A program made the position numbers and the translations under genes. A stretch of DNA of 64,000 bases from contig JAUMVN010000003.1 of assembly GCA_030530145.1 (NCBI GenBank), forward strand, positions 23,037 to 87,036, written 5' to 3'. The DNA is from Coriobacteriia bacterium. GTDB lineage: Bacteria > Actinomycetota > Coriobacteriia > Coriobacteriales > Atopobiaceae. The notes beneath the pieces were generated by a model. The model had not been told where the DNA came from. It made no database searches and saw nothing but the letters and a program-made list of their open reading frames with translations. Within the stretch, counting starts at the first letter, position 1, and each line of letters opens with the position of its first letter. Shown in pieces: positions 10,775-20,459 of this stretch.

Positions 10775-11983
10775 ATGAAGATTGGTAGGCCTTTTGGCAG
10801 GACCCCCAAGCAGAAGAGCTCGAAACTCTACGACGACCGGATGGAGAATGCGGGCAAGCAGCCGGTGGAGACCCCGGGCTACGAGCCCTTCGCCTCCCTC
10901 GCCGGCTTCGTCGCGTGCCTCGCGGGCGCGGGCGTATTCTGCGTCTCGTCCGGCCATGTGGCCGTCGGGATCGGACTGTTCGTCTTCGCGTTCCTGCCGG
11001 CGGCGCTCGTCGTCGCGCAGGGCGTTCAGCTCGGCAAGCAGATCGCGTCGGGAGAGGTCGCGCTGGCGCCCAAGGTGGCCGGCGAGGCCTACGGACCCGA
11101 GGCCGACCGCTTCTGGGCTATCGAGAACAAAGCGCTGACAAAAGCCGAGCTCGACGACGCAGACGAGAAACGCGCGGCCGAACTCGCAGCGGCAGAGAGC
11201 TGGTTCGAGGCCGCACAGGCTTCTTTCGACACGGTTGACCTGGAGGCAGAGGACGGCGCGAGGCTCGTGGGCCACGCGCTCCGCGCGCAGGAGCCCTCCC
11301 CGTACTGGCTCATCTACGCCCACGGGCTCGGCGGCAGCTGGAAGAGCGGCGCGGCCTTCGCCCGTCGCTTTGCCGAGAGCGGTTACAACCTGCTGCTGGT
11401 CAACATGCGCGCACAGGGCGAGAGCGGCGGGGCGCTCACAGGGTACGGACACTTGGAGCGCCGCGATCTTCTTGCCTGGTCGAGCTGGGTCGCGCGGACC
11501 GACGCGGCCGCGCGAATCGTGCTCGCGGGCTTCTCGGCCGGGGGAGACGCCGTGCTCGAGGCCGCGGGCGAGAAGGACGTTCCCGAGCAGGTCATGGCCG
11601 TTGTCGCGGATTCCGCGTATGCCGACCTGTGGAACGAGGCTATCCACGTGATGGGCCGCATGGGTGCCAACGGAAAAGCCCTTCCCGCGCACCCCGTCCT
11701 CGACATCGCCCGTCTGAGCTTCCGCAGCCGGAAGGGCGGCTTCGACCTCGCGGACGCAAGCGCCGTCAAGGCCGTCGAGCACGCTCAGGTTCCCATCCTC
11801 GTTCTCCACGGAGAGGACGACGCCGCGGTCCCGCCTTTCAGCGCCGATCGCCTGGGCGAGGCCGCCTCGGGCCCCCATGAGGTTGTCAAGTTCCCCGGCG
11901 CCGGCCACTGCTGCGCCAGCGTCGCCGACCCCGAGCCCTACTACGAAGCCGTCTTCTCGTTCCTCGCCAACCTCCCCGCCTAG
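10775..11983 (+). CDS. Membrane-anchored alpha/beta-fold hydrolase
   Basis: Two N-terminal TM helices; YAHGLGG, nucleophile elbow GFSAG, HGEDDAAVP, GAGH. Confidence 0.8.
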   Translation: MKIGRPFGRTPKQKSSKLYDDRMENAGKQPVETPGYEPFASLAGFVACLAGAGVFCVSSGHVAVGIGLFVFAFLPAALVVAQGVQLGKQIASGEVALAPKVAGEAYGPEADRFWAIENKALTKAELDDADEKRAAELAAAESWFEAAQASFDTVDLEAEDGARLVGHALRAQEPSPYWLIYAHGLGGSWKSGAAFARRFAESGYNLLLVNMRAQGESGGALTGYGHLERRDLLAWSSWVARTDAAARIVLAGFSAGGDAVLEAAGEKDVPEQVMAVVADSAYADLWNEAIHVMGRMGANGKALPAHPVLDIARLSFRSRKGGFDLADASAVKAVEHAQVPILVLHGEDDAAVPPFSADRLGEAASGPHEVVKFPGAGHCCASVADPEPYYEAVFSFLANLPA

Positions 11984-11992
11984 CCCGTCCCC

Positions 11993-12135
11993 AAGTTCGG
12001 AAGCCCTCTCAAGTTCGGAAGGCTTCCAAACTCAAACAGACACGCGAGGATTTGTAAAACCGCAGGTAAACAAGGTGCGCCCCTCGGGTTCGGAAGCCTT
12101 CCGAAGTTTGGAAGCCTTCCGAACCCGAGGGGCGC
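11993..12135. repeat. Palindromic repeat family A, copy 1 (four GTTCGGAAGCCTTCCGAAC-like units)
   Basis: Perfect 20-bp inverted repeat 12077-12096/12116-12135; the unit recurs at 19231-19360. Confidence 0.85.
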
Positions 12136-12174
12136 TGGGGGAACAGAACAGGGCAAGAGGACCGTTGCCGGCCG

Positions 12175-13332
12175 CTACTCGACGAGCGCGCCGCCCATGT
12201 ACGTAGCCTCAAGGTTCAGCTCGGAGTCCAGGACGATATAGTCCGCGTCGCGGCCCGGCTTGATGAAGCCGCAGGCCCCGTCGATGCCGGCCGAGCGGGC
12301 GGGGACCTCCGTGGCCATGCGGAGGGCCTGCTCGGCGGTCACGATCTGCCAGTCATAGACGTTCTTGACCACCGATGCGAGCGTGGCGATGGACCCGGCG
12401 AGCGAGCTCCCGTCAGCCAGGTAGCATGCGCCGTCGCGCATGACCACCGGCAAGCCGCCGCTCATGTAGTTGCCGTCGGGCATGCCGCCCGGTCCCAGGC
12501 AGTCGGTGATAAGCGCCACGTGGTCCCAGCCCTTGGCGTCGACCAGGGCCTTGATGGAGGCGGGGTTCACATGGATGCCGTCGCCGATGACCTCGGCGTA
12601 GGTCGCGAGCGTGGTCATCGCGCAGCCGACGACGCCGGGCTGACGGTGGTGCAGGCCGCGCATGCCGTTATAGGTGTGCGTGAAACAGGTAGCACCCGAG
12701 TTCACGGCAGCCATCGCCTCGTCGAATGTGGCGCCCGTGTGCCCGATGCAGACCACGACCCCCTCAGCCGAGACCCTCGCGCAGTACTCGGGCGCGCCCT
12801 CGCACTCGGCCGCGAGCGCGCTCTTGCGGATACGCCCGCCGGCCGCCTCCTGCCAAGAAGCGAACGCCTCATAGGAGGGGTCCATCAGATACGCGGGGTT
12901 CTGCGCGCCCACGTGCTCCTTTGTGAAGAAGGGGCCTTCCAGATAGATGCCCTGGATGTGCGCGCCGACGAAGTCCTCCCCGCGATTCTCGTCCGCCTCC
13001 GCGATGGCGCCGCAAGCGGCGCGGATGCTCTCGACCGACTCGGTAAAGGTCGTGGGAAGCCAGCTCGTGGTGCCGCGACGCGCGAGCTCCCGGCTCGAGA
13101 CGTCGATGCCAGCCGGGTCGCAGTCGGTGGTCGCGTGGTTATAAAAGCCGTGGATGTGCGTGTCCACGAGCCCCGGAGCCACCCACTTACCGGAGCAGTC
13201 GAGAACCTCAAGTCCCTCGGGCGCCTCAGCCGACCAGAATCCGAACTTGCCGTCCTCCACCGTCAGGTACCCGCCGCGCATAACCGCTGCGGGAAGAAGG
13301 AGCTTCTCCGCCTTTATAGCGTATGTGCTCAT
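12175..13332 (-). CDS. nagA: N-acetylhexosamine-6-phosphate deacetylase (NagA/AgaA)
   Basis: PGLVDTHIHG, IYLEGPF, THTYNGM, DGIHV, LITD, LAGS, IKPGRDAD. Confidence 0.92.
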   Translation of the reverse strand: MSTYAIKAEKLLLPAAVMRGGYLTVEDGKFGFWSAEAPEGLEVLDCSGKWVAPGLVDTHIHGFYNHATTDCDPAGIDVSSRELARRGTTSWLPTTFTESVESIRAACGAIAEADENRGEDFVGAHIQGIYLEGPFFTKEHVGAQNPAYLMDPSYEAFASWQEAAGGRIRKSALAAECEGAPEYCARVSAEGVVVCIGHTGATFDEAMAAVNSGATCFTHTYNGMRGLHHRQPGVVGCAMTTLATYAEVIGDGIHVNPASIKALVDAKGWDHVALITDCLGPGGMPDGNYMSGGLPVVMRDGACYLADGSSLAGSIATLASVVKNVYDWQIVTAEQALRMATEVPARSAGIDGACGFIKPGRDADYIVLDSELNLEATYMGGALVE

Positions 13333-13365
13333 CGCAATACCTCGATTCGCTGCTTGGTTTGGCCG

Positions 13366-14532
13366 TTAAGCGTTGAACGGGTGGATGGTCACGCCCTTGA
13401 CCACGCGGTTAACGGTGCCGGTCGGGCTCGGTGTATCGGGGGTGTTGCCCACGCGCACGGAGTTGAGCAGCGAGACCGTCTGCGCGACCATCACGAACGG
13501 GAGCGCCAGATAGCCCTCAGGCAGCGCCTTGTAGCCCTTGAAGGTGAAGGTGTCGCCCTCGTAGAGCTCGCCGGCGTCCTGCTGGATAGCGATGGTGTGC
13601 TGGGCGATGTCGTCGCCGCCGATCTCGCGCAGGATATCGAGGTCGTATTGGCGCGTGTACTCGTCGTTGTTCACGAAGACGAAGACGAGCGTCTTGTCGT
13701 CGACGAAAGACTTCGGCCCATGGCGATAGCCCATGGAGGTGTCGAAGGAGGTGGCCACGAGACCGTGGGCGAGCTCGAGAATCTTGAGCTGCGCCTCCTG
13801 AGCAAGGCCGCCGAACGACCCGGAACCGAGGTAGGTCACGCGATTGAAGTCGCCGGCCAGGAAGTCCGCGACCTCCTGCTCACGCTCGATGACCTCCTCA
13901 CCCATCTTCGCGATCTGCTCGACCCAGACAGCCTTCTGCTCGAGCGACGACTCGTCGAAGATGAGGGTCGAGATGAGGGTCATGCAGCTGTAGCTGCCCG
14001 TCATCGCGAAGCCCTTGTCATTAGCGCGCGGAATCAGGATGGTGTAAGCATTCGGGTCGTCGGCAGACTCAACGGCAAGCTTGCCCTCGGGCGCGCAGGT
14101 GATGTTGAGGAACTTGACGTTCTTGACGTACTCCTTGCAAACGTTGACCGCGGCAAGCGACTCGGGGCTGTTGCCGGAGCGGGCGAACGAGACAACGAGG
14201 GTCGGATCCTCACGACGCAGGAAGTCGCGCGGGGCGCTCACGATGTCGGTCGTGGCAATGGGCTTGAAGTCATACAGGTCGGTGTTGCCGGCGTGGCGCA
14301 GGTACGGTGCACAGGTATCGCCCACGTAGTCGGAGGTGCCGGCGCCGGTGAAGACGACGGAAAGACGCCCCTCCCCCATCGCACGGGCCTCGTCCAGGAA
14401 CTTCTCGACGCCGTCGAGGTTCTCTTTGTAGATGTTGAAAGCTTCGCGCCACAGCTCAGGCTGCTGGACAATCTCGGCGGTGGTGATCTGGGCGCCCATC
14501 TTGGTGAGCTCTGCCACATCGAACTTGAACAT
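13366..14532 (-). CDS. agaS: SIS-domain galactosamine-6-phosphate isomerase/deaminase (AgaS)
   Basis: Start MFKFDV at 14532 after GGGAGG; TGAGTS, SFARSGNSPES, FAMTGSYS, RHGPKS, PDTPSPTGTVNRVVKGV. Confidence 0.9.
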   Translation of the reverse strand: MFKFDVAELTKMGAQITTAEIVQQPELWREAFNIYKENLDGVEKFLDEARAMGEGRLSVVFTGAGTSDYVGDTCAPYLRHAGNTDLYDFKPIATTDIVSAPRDFLRREDPTLVVSFARSGNSPESLAAVNVCKEYVKNVKFLNITCAPEGKLAVESADDPNAYTILIPRANDKGFAMTGSYSCMTLISTLIFDESSLEQKAVWVEQIAKMGEEVIEREQEVADFLAGDFNRVTYLGSGSFGGLAQEAQLKILELAHGLVATSFDTSMGYRHGPKSFVDDKTLVFVFVNNDEYTRQYDLDILREIGGDDIAQHTIAIQQDAGELYEGDTFTFKGYKALPEGYLALPFVMVAQTVSLLNSVRVGNTPDTPSPTGTVNRVVKGVTIHPFNA

Positions 14533-14578
14533 ACTGTCTCCTCCCTGCCAAGGCGTCGGCCTCGGCTTTGTTTGAATG

Positions 14579-15307
14579 CTAGCTACGGGTGTGAACGACC
14601 TTGTACTCGAACATGTCGGCGCGCGCGACGGAGCGCGTGTACTCGATGACGAAGTTTTTGCTGTTATAGGTGGTACGCACAAGATGCAAGACAGGCGCGC
14701 CCTCGTCGATATCCAAGAGCTTGGCCTCGTCGGGGCGCGCAGCGCGGGCGCCGAACGATTCCTCGGCGCTCTTGATCTTGTTGTGGTAGTCCTGCTCCAT
14801 AATCTCGTAGAGCGGCTTGCTCTCGACGTCGCGCTGCGTGAGCCCCACGAACAGCTTCGCCGGCACGTAACTGCGCTCGAGCATCATCGGGATGCCGTCG
14901 GCCAGGCGAAGGCGCCGCATGCGGAAGACCTTCTCGCCGAGCTTGAGGTCCATGTGGGCGCTCACTACCTTCGACGCCTCTCGCAGCTCGAAATCGAGGA
15001 CCTCGGTTCGCGGGACGCGGCCGAGGCTGCGCATTTGGTCGGTGAAGCTGTAGGCACCGGAAAGGTCCGTCGTGTCGCGCCCCACGCTCGAGACGAACGT
15101 GCCCTTTCCGTGGCGGCGCGAGACCAGTCCAAGCTCCTCGAGCTCCGTCATGGCAAGACGAACCGTCGTGCGGCTAAGCCCGTACTTCTCGGCGAGGTCG
15201 CGTTCCGACGGGAGCATGTCTCCGGGGTGCATCTCATGCTCGATTTTGTCGCTCACGAGGTCGACGAGTTGGTCATAGAGCGGTTGCTTACGCGCTGCCG
15301 ATGCCAT
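14579..15307 (-). CDS. GntR/HutC-family regulator with UTRA domain (AgaR-like)
   Basis: LPSERDLAEKYGLSRTTVRLA...HGKGTFV wHTH followed by a UTRA domain; embedded in the aga operon. Confidence 0.88.
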   Translation of the reverse strand: MASAARKQPLYDQLVDLVSDKIEHEMHPGDMLPSERDLAEKYGLSRTTVRLAMTELEELGLVSRRHGKGTFVSSVGRDTTDLSGAYSFTDQMRSLGRVPRTEVLDFELREASKVVSAHMDLKLGEKVFRMRRLRLADGIPMMLERSYVPAKLFVGLTQRDVESKPLYEIMEQDYHNKIKSAEESFGARAARPDEAKLLDIDEGAPVLHLVRTTYNSKNFVIEYTRSVARADMFEYKVVHTRS

Positions 15308-15426
15308 CGGGCCGCCTCCCTTCTCCTTGCCGCCAATCGATATCCCCCTGGACAGGCCTCGCTCCTAGATGCGGGTACCACAGACAAGAAGCGTCGTCTG
15401 TTCAGGATATACCTTGGCTTGAAAAT

Positions 15427-15438
15427 TGGTACCTACCA
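15427..15438. promoter_or_regulatory. Candidate GntR/HutC operator TGGT-N4-ACCA upstream of the regulator
   Basis: TGGTACCTACCA; same geometry as TGGTTGTAACCA at 18856-18867. Confidence 0.4.
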
Positions 15439-15502
15439 CTCAGTGGCAAGAAGGAGGCGCGCGGGCAGGACCCACGCGCCTCCCAAAGTGCGAGCTTACC
15501 GG

Positions 15503-16552
15503 CTACGCCCAGATTCCGAAGAATCCGCCAACGATGCCGAGGACGAGCATAAGAACGATGCCCTTCATCGGGGTGAAGTTGTGCTTGGCGAAGAGGTAGT
15601 AGAGCAGCATGACCAGCGCGAGCGGGATGAGCTTCGGGCAGATCGAGTCGAGGATGGAGGCGAAGTCGACGGTGACCGGGGTGGTCACGAGCTCCATGTA
15701 GGTAACCTCGCTCTTACCGTTGCCGAGGTCCACGGCGCCGGCCTCGACGGCAGCACCAGAGGCGTCGGTGCCGGAGAGGGCGTTGCCCTCAGCGTCGACC
15801 ATGCCGGAGGTGGTGGTGCCCTCGTCGTTCGTGGCGATGATCTCGAAGTCGGCGACATCATCGGTGTCGACAACGCAGGTGTGGGCCACATAGGACTCGG
15901 TGGTGCCGTTGGGGAGGGTCAGCGCGATCTGGGTGCCGCCCATGTTGACGGTCAAGCAGCCAACGACAAAGACGCCGAGGATGGAAGCAGCGCGGGTGAA
16001 GGCCTGCATGCTCCCCATCAGGGAATCGATCGCCTGGGTGCCCATCTTGTAGGACCAGTTCATCAGGCCGAAGCGGATGGCGAACTGGATCACGTTGAAG
16101 ACGACCAGGAAGATGATCGGGCCGGCCGGGTTACCGGCGATGGCCATCTGGGAGGTGATGCCCGCGAGGATCGGCACGAGGGTCATCCAGAACAGGGCGT
16201 CGCCGATGCCGCCGAGCGGGCCCATGAGGGAGACGCGGACGGCGCGGATGGTCGGGATGTCGGCCTTCTTCTGCTCAAGGGACAGGCAGATGCCCATGGC
16301 GAAGGTGACCAGGAACGGGTGGATGTTGAAGAACTCCATGTTGTGGGTCATCGAGGTGGCAAGGTCATCCTTGTCGGTGTGAATCTTCTCGAGGCCCGGG
16401 AGAATGGAGTAGAGCCAGCCGGCGGCCTGCATGCGCTCGTAGTTGAAGGAGCCCTGCAGGAAGCAGGAGCGCCACGCCATCTTGTTCAGAGTCGCTTGAT
16501 CGAGATCAGCGGCCGGCGTGAGGTTCTTGTAGGTAGTGGCGTTAGATGCCAT
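15503..16552 (-). CDS. Mannose-family PTS EIID (GalNAc-type) with a long loop insertion
   Basis: LQGSFNYERMQAAG, FFNIHPF, GPLGGIGDALFW; start MASN at 16552. Confidence 0.9.
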   Translation of the reverse strand: MASNATTYKNLTPAADLDQATLNKMAWRSCFLQGSFNYERMQAAGWLYSILPGLEKIHTDKDDLATSMTHNMEFFNIHPFLVTFAMGICLSLEQKKADIPTIRAVRVSLMGPLGGIGDALFWMTLVPILAGITSQMAIAGNPAGPIIFLVVFNVIQFAIRFGLMNWSYKMGTQAIDSLMGSMQAFTRAASILGVFVVGCLTVNMGGTQIALTLPNGTTESYVAHTCVVDTDDVADFEIIATNDEGTTTSGMVDAEGNALSGTDASGAAVEAGAVDLGNGKSEVTYMELVTTPVTVDFASILDSICPKLIPLALVMLLYYLFAKHNFTPMKGIVLMLVLGIVGGFFGIWA

Positions 16553-17342
16553 CCTCCTCACCTCCGTCCTCAATAGCAACGGCACCCTTCAGCTCGGTCT
16601 GCTGCTGGAAGTCCCAGAAAGCGATGCCGAAGCCGATGAAGGCCAGGATGAGCAGAGCAGGGGTAGCGAGGGCCGTGATGTTGGAAACGACCAGCGCGAG
16701 GCCGAAGCCCATGAAGTAGAAGCCCCACATGTCGCGAGACATCATGAACTTAAGCAGGATGGCGAAGCCGACGAAGCGCATCATGCCACCAGCAGCGGAG
16801 AGGCCGCCGGAGAGCCAAGCGGGGATCGCGTCGACAACGGCCTGGCCCATGGTGGCGCCACCGATGAAGAACAGGGTGACGACGACGCCGAAGATAAGGC
16901 CGAGGAGCGCCATGGCGAGGTAGTTGATGTGCTCGATGCCCTTGGGGTTGGCGTCAGCGGCATACTGGTCGCACTTGGACATGAGCGGGGACATGATGGT
17001 GAAGATGAGCGTCACGCCGTACTGGCCCAGGAGCGAGAACGGGATGGCCATCGCAACGGCCGCGTTCGGGTCGAGGTCCAGGGAGATCGCGAGCGTCGCA
17101 GCCATGATGCCGCCGACGACGGCGTTGGGGGGCTGGGCACCTCCGATCGGCATGTTACCGATGGTCATCAGCTGGTAGGTGCCGCCGACGATAAGGCCGG
17201 TCTGGACATCGCCCAGGATGAGGCCGATCACCATGCCAGTGACGATCGGCTGATACAGAGACTCGAGGAAGCTGAACTGGTCGATAGCCGCGACGAACGT
17301 GACGATGAAGACCAGGGCCACCTGAATGACTGAGTATTCCAT
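16542..17342 (-). CDS. Mannose-family PTS EIIC
   Basis: QPIVTGMVIGLILGD, GGAQPP, AIPFSLLGQ; polytopic membrane protein. Confidence 0.9.
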   Translation of the reverse strand: MEYSVIQVALVFIVTFVAAIDQFSFLESLYQPIVTGMVIGLILGDVQTGLIVGGTYQLMTIGNMPIGGAQPPNAVVGGIMAATLAISLDLDPNAAVAMAIPFSLLGQYGVTLIFTIMSPLMSKCDQYAADANPKGIEHINYLAMALLGLIFGVVVTLFFIGGATMGQAVVDAIPAWLSGGLSAAGGMMRFVGFAILLKFMMSRDMWGFYFMGFGLALVVSNITALATPALLILAFIGFGIAFWDFQQQTELKGAVAIEDGGEEDGI

Positions 17343-17465
17343 CTTTGCTCCTCCTTTCCTTTTTTGTCTTCCCCTCCTTTAGGGGAACCTATTGACTATG
17401 TTCAGCCGCGAGCCCGCGGGGAGAACCATGTGCCGCGGGTCGCGAATACCCGCCCGGAGCCTTGC

Positions 17466-17948
17466 TTACGAGAAGAGCTTGTCGGTAGCCTCGACGGGCG
17501 TGGAAGGCACGCGCTGGATAGAAAGCTCGACGCCCTTGTCCTGTAGCGCCTTGAAGGCGGCGACGTCCTTGTCGTCAACGGCCACAGACGTGGCGACCTG
17601 GCGCTTGCCGTCGGACATGTGCATGTTGCCGATGTTGAGCTTCTTGATGGGCACGCCGCCCTCGACGAGGCGAAGGGCGTCCTCAGGGGTCTCGACGACG
17701 ATGAAGATGTGCTGGCGCGGGGCGGCCTTGAAGATGACGTCGATGGTCTTCTGGATGGAGAAGTAACGGGTGGCGACGCCCTGCGGCGCGGCCATGTTCA
17801 TGAGGTTCTGGCGCATCTTGTTGCCGGCGACCTCGTCGTTGGCGACGAGGATGAGGTTCGCTCCGACGGTGGAGGTCCACTGCGTGGCGACCTGGCCGTG
17901 GATAAGGCGGTTGTCGATGCGGACGAGGACGATGTTCGGCTCTGCCAT
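17466..17948 (-). CDS. Mannose-family PTS EIIB
   Basis: RIDNRLIHGQV phospho-His motif; LNIGNMH. Confidence 0.92.
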   Translation of the reverse strand: MAEPNIVLVRIDNRLIHGQVATQWTSTVGANLILVANDEVAGNKMRQNLMNMAAPQGVATRYFSIQKTIDVIFKAAPRQHIFIVVETPEDALRLVEGGVPIKKLNIGNMHMSDGKRQVATSVAVDDKDVAAFKALQDKGVELSIQRVPSTPVEATDKLFS

Positions 17949-18008
17949 GATGGCTTCCTCTCTACGTGCTCCCGCGGGAGCTCTCAGTACCTGCTTGCGA
18001 TACCGCTA

Positions 18009-18293
18009 CTACTTGTCCAGGATCTCTTGGATGGCGTAGCGGGAAACCTCGATGACGGCGCCCGACTTGACCTCGATGTCGCAGGTCTCCTTGCCGACGC
18101 GGACGAGCTTGCCGATGAGCCCGCTGGAGAACGCGACCTTCTTGCCGACCGCAAGCTCGGTGTGGACGTCCTTGTAGTAATCCTTCTGCTTGCGCATGCG
18201 CAGGTAGTTGACCACGGTCAGGATGATGCCGATGACCAGCAGGAAGGTGAGAAAGACGATCGACGAGGCGAGGATGTTGTCCCAGCTTGGCAT
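18009..18293 (-). CDS. YajC-like small membrane protein
   Basis: One TM helix, then LAVGKKV..SGLIGKLV YajC-like domain; 94 aa. Confidence 0.7.
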   Translation of the reverse strand: MPSWDNILASSIVFLTFLLVIGIILTVVNYLRMRKQKDYYKDVHTELAVGKKVAFSSGLIGKLVRVGKETCDIEVKSGAVIEVSRYAIQEILDK

Positions 18294-18739
18294 TACAGAC
18301 CATCCTCCTCGCCGAACAGGTCGTCGTCATCGGAGTCCTCGGCGAGCTCGAGCTTCTTGCGGTCGACGCCGAAGCGGCCGGCGGTGACGGCGCACTCGGC
18401 GAGCTCGTCGAGGGTGGAGGCGGGGGTGCGGACCGAGAGAACCTCGAGCAGCATCGGCAGGTTAGCCCCGGTGACGACCTCGACGTTCGGGACGGATGCG
18501 GAGGCCATCATGGCCTGATTGAAGGGCGTGCCGCCCATGAGGTCGCAGAACACGAGGACGCCGTCGCAGGCGGAGGCCATCTGCGAGATGGCGGAGGCGA
18601 GCTTCTCGCCGAAAGTGGCGGCCTCATCCTCGTGGAAGGGAACGGCCTCGAAGGACTCCTGGGGGCCGCCCACCATCTCGAGCGCGCCGCCGAGGCCCTC
18701 GGCGAAGGTTCCGTGTCCGGTGAGGATGCATCCGACCAT
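18293..18739 (-). CDS. Mannose-family PTS EIIA
   Basis: ILTGHG, VFCDLMGGTPFN, VVTGANLPML. Confidence 0.92.
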   Translation of the reverse strand: MVGCILTGHGTFAEGLGGALEMVGGPQESFEAVPFHEDEAATFGEKLASAISQMASACDGVLVFCDLMGGTPFNQAMMASASVPNVEVVTGANLPMLLEVLSVRTPASTLDELAECAVTAGRFGVDRKKLELAEDSDDDDLFGEEDGL

Positions 18740-18855
18740 GTGGCGTCTCCTTTAGGTAGGGCTTCGGGCGCTTTGCGTTTGTTGAGAAGTACCCTACGAG
18801 GCTTGAGTTTCGGTTAAGTGCCGTGGATGTTGTGTAGTGATGCGGTTCGATTAAC

Positions 18856-18867
18856 TGGTTGTAACCA
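18856..18867. promoter_or_regulatory. Candidate GntR operator upstream of the aga-PTS operon
   Basis: Near-palindrome TGGTTGTAACCA in the AT-rich leader, about 120 bp upstream of the EIIA start. Confidence 0.5.
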
Positions 18868-19230
18868 TAGGTTCAGTAAGGACACTATAGCGTCGAGCGC
18901 TTCAAATCTCCTTCACAAGTTCTGCAAACAGCAAAAATGACCGTATGTGGTCAATTTCATACCATTCGCGGCGTTTTAATCTGTTTACCAGTATGTTTAA
19001 GCTTCTTGAATATAAAAGTATTTCCTGTTTTTCTCATCATGCATAAGGAGAATGACTTTCGTTTGTTTTTCTTTTTGTGAAGAGAAAGGGCTTAAAGTGG
19101 TTCTATCTATTGATACCAGTTAAAGAACCGCGCCTTAGAGCAGCGCTTCCTTTGAAATCAGTCGACGGCCGTCTCACGGCACCACGTGCCCCGCCCCCGC
19201 CAAACGAAAGCAATCGAAGGCGCCGCCCAT

Positions 19231-19360
19231 CCGAGTTCGGAAGCCTACCAAACTCGTAGGAGTTTCTCGGTCGTCTTATGTCAAGGCCTCTACCTGCGAA
19301 TATATAAGCAGAAACTAAACTTCGGAAGCCTTCTGAAGTTTGGAAGCCTTCCGAACTCGG
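19231..19360. repeat. Palindromic repeat family A, copy 2
   Basis: Perfect 13-bp terminal inverted repeat CCGAGTTCGGAAG/CTTCCGAACTCGG; three TTCGGAAGCCTTCC-type units. Confidence 0.85.
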
Positions 19361-19371
19361 GACGGAGACGG

Positions 19372-20148
19372 CTAGCGCGCGAGGACGAGGTCGCAGGGGA
19401 GGTCTTCGAGCTCGGCGGCCATGACGCCGTCCGGGTCGGCATCCATGACCACCGCGTCGGCGGATTCCGGCGTGCCGAACCACATGAGTCCGCGCGCGCC
19501 CACCTTTGTCGCGTCCATGAGCACGTAGGTCTTCTCGGCGCAGGCGAGAAACGCGCGCTTAAGCTCGGCCATCTCTTGGTTGTTGGTCATGAGGCCGCGT
19601 CCCGGCGCGTAGGCGGTCGGCGTGACGAAGGCCTTGTCGGGTCGCAGCATCTCGAGCGAGCGCAGGGCGATGGGGCCATCCGTGTAGCGATGGCCCTTGC
19701 GCAGGCTGCCGCCGAGCATGATCACGTCCATCGCGGGCATCGAGCGGTCCACGAAATCCGCGATAGTAAAGTCGTCCGTTATAAGAGTCACGCCCGAGCG
19801 TCCCGCGAGCGCGCGGACGAACTCGAGCGCCGTCGTGCCGGAGTCCACGAGCACGGCGTCTCCGTCCCCCACGAGCTGCGACGCGCGCCGGGCGATGGCG
19901 CGCTTAGCCTCGACGTTAACGTTCACGCGCTTGTCCTGCACGCTCACCGTGAGCGTGCGCGAGAGCGAGGTCGCCCCTCCGTGGGTACGGCGCAGCTTGC
20001 CATCGCGCTCGAGGGCGTCAAGGTCAGAGCGGGCCGTCACGCGAGAGACGCCGAAGACCTCGGCAAGCTGCGCGACCTGCACGGACGCGTCTCTTTCCAG
20101 CATAGAAAGAATGGCCACGCGGCGCTCATCGGACGACATCGGATTCAC
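19372..20148 (-). CDS. DeoR/GlpR-family sugar-responsive regulator
   Basis: ERRVAILSML..VSRVTARSDL..RTHGG, DSGTT, GGSLR; GTG start at 20148 with SD GAAGGGG (ATG 20139 is the alternative). Confidence 0.88.
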   Translation of the reverse strand: MNPMSSDERRVAILSMLERDASVQVAQLAEVFGVSRVTARSDLDALERDGKLRRTHGGATSLSRTLTVSVQDKRVNVNVEAKRAIARRASQLVGDGDAVLVDSGTTALEFVRALAGRSGVTLITDDFTIADFVDRSMPAMDVIMLGGSLRKGHRYTDGPIALRSLEMLRPDKAFVTPTAYAPGRGLMTNNQEMAELKRAFLACAEKTYVLMDATKVGARGLMWFGTPESADAVVMDADPDGVMAAELEDLPCDLVLAR

Positions 20149-20459
20149 GGCTACCCCTTCTGCTTCGCCCAAGCCGGCGCGCGGCATCGTTCTGTGAAGG
20201 AAATGTGTTTTCCTTTCCTTGCGTTAGAAGCAAGTTAGCACATTGCTTTTGCTTTCGCATGGAAAATTACGTGTAAGATGCGCGGCATTTCTTGCCAAGA
20301 AGCACTGCGACTGGTTCGCCGACCCCTACGTTTCCTTTCCATTCATGGCTTCAAAAACGCCCGACCACCTGCGCTTCTCTCCCCAAGCGAAAGCTATGCG
20401 AAATACAATGGCCCCACGTTCATCTTGCCGGGAGCCCCGGCAGTCGAAGGGAGTCGCAC

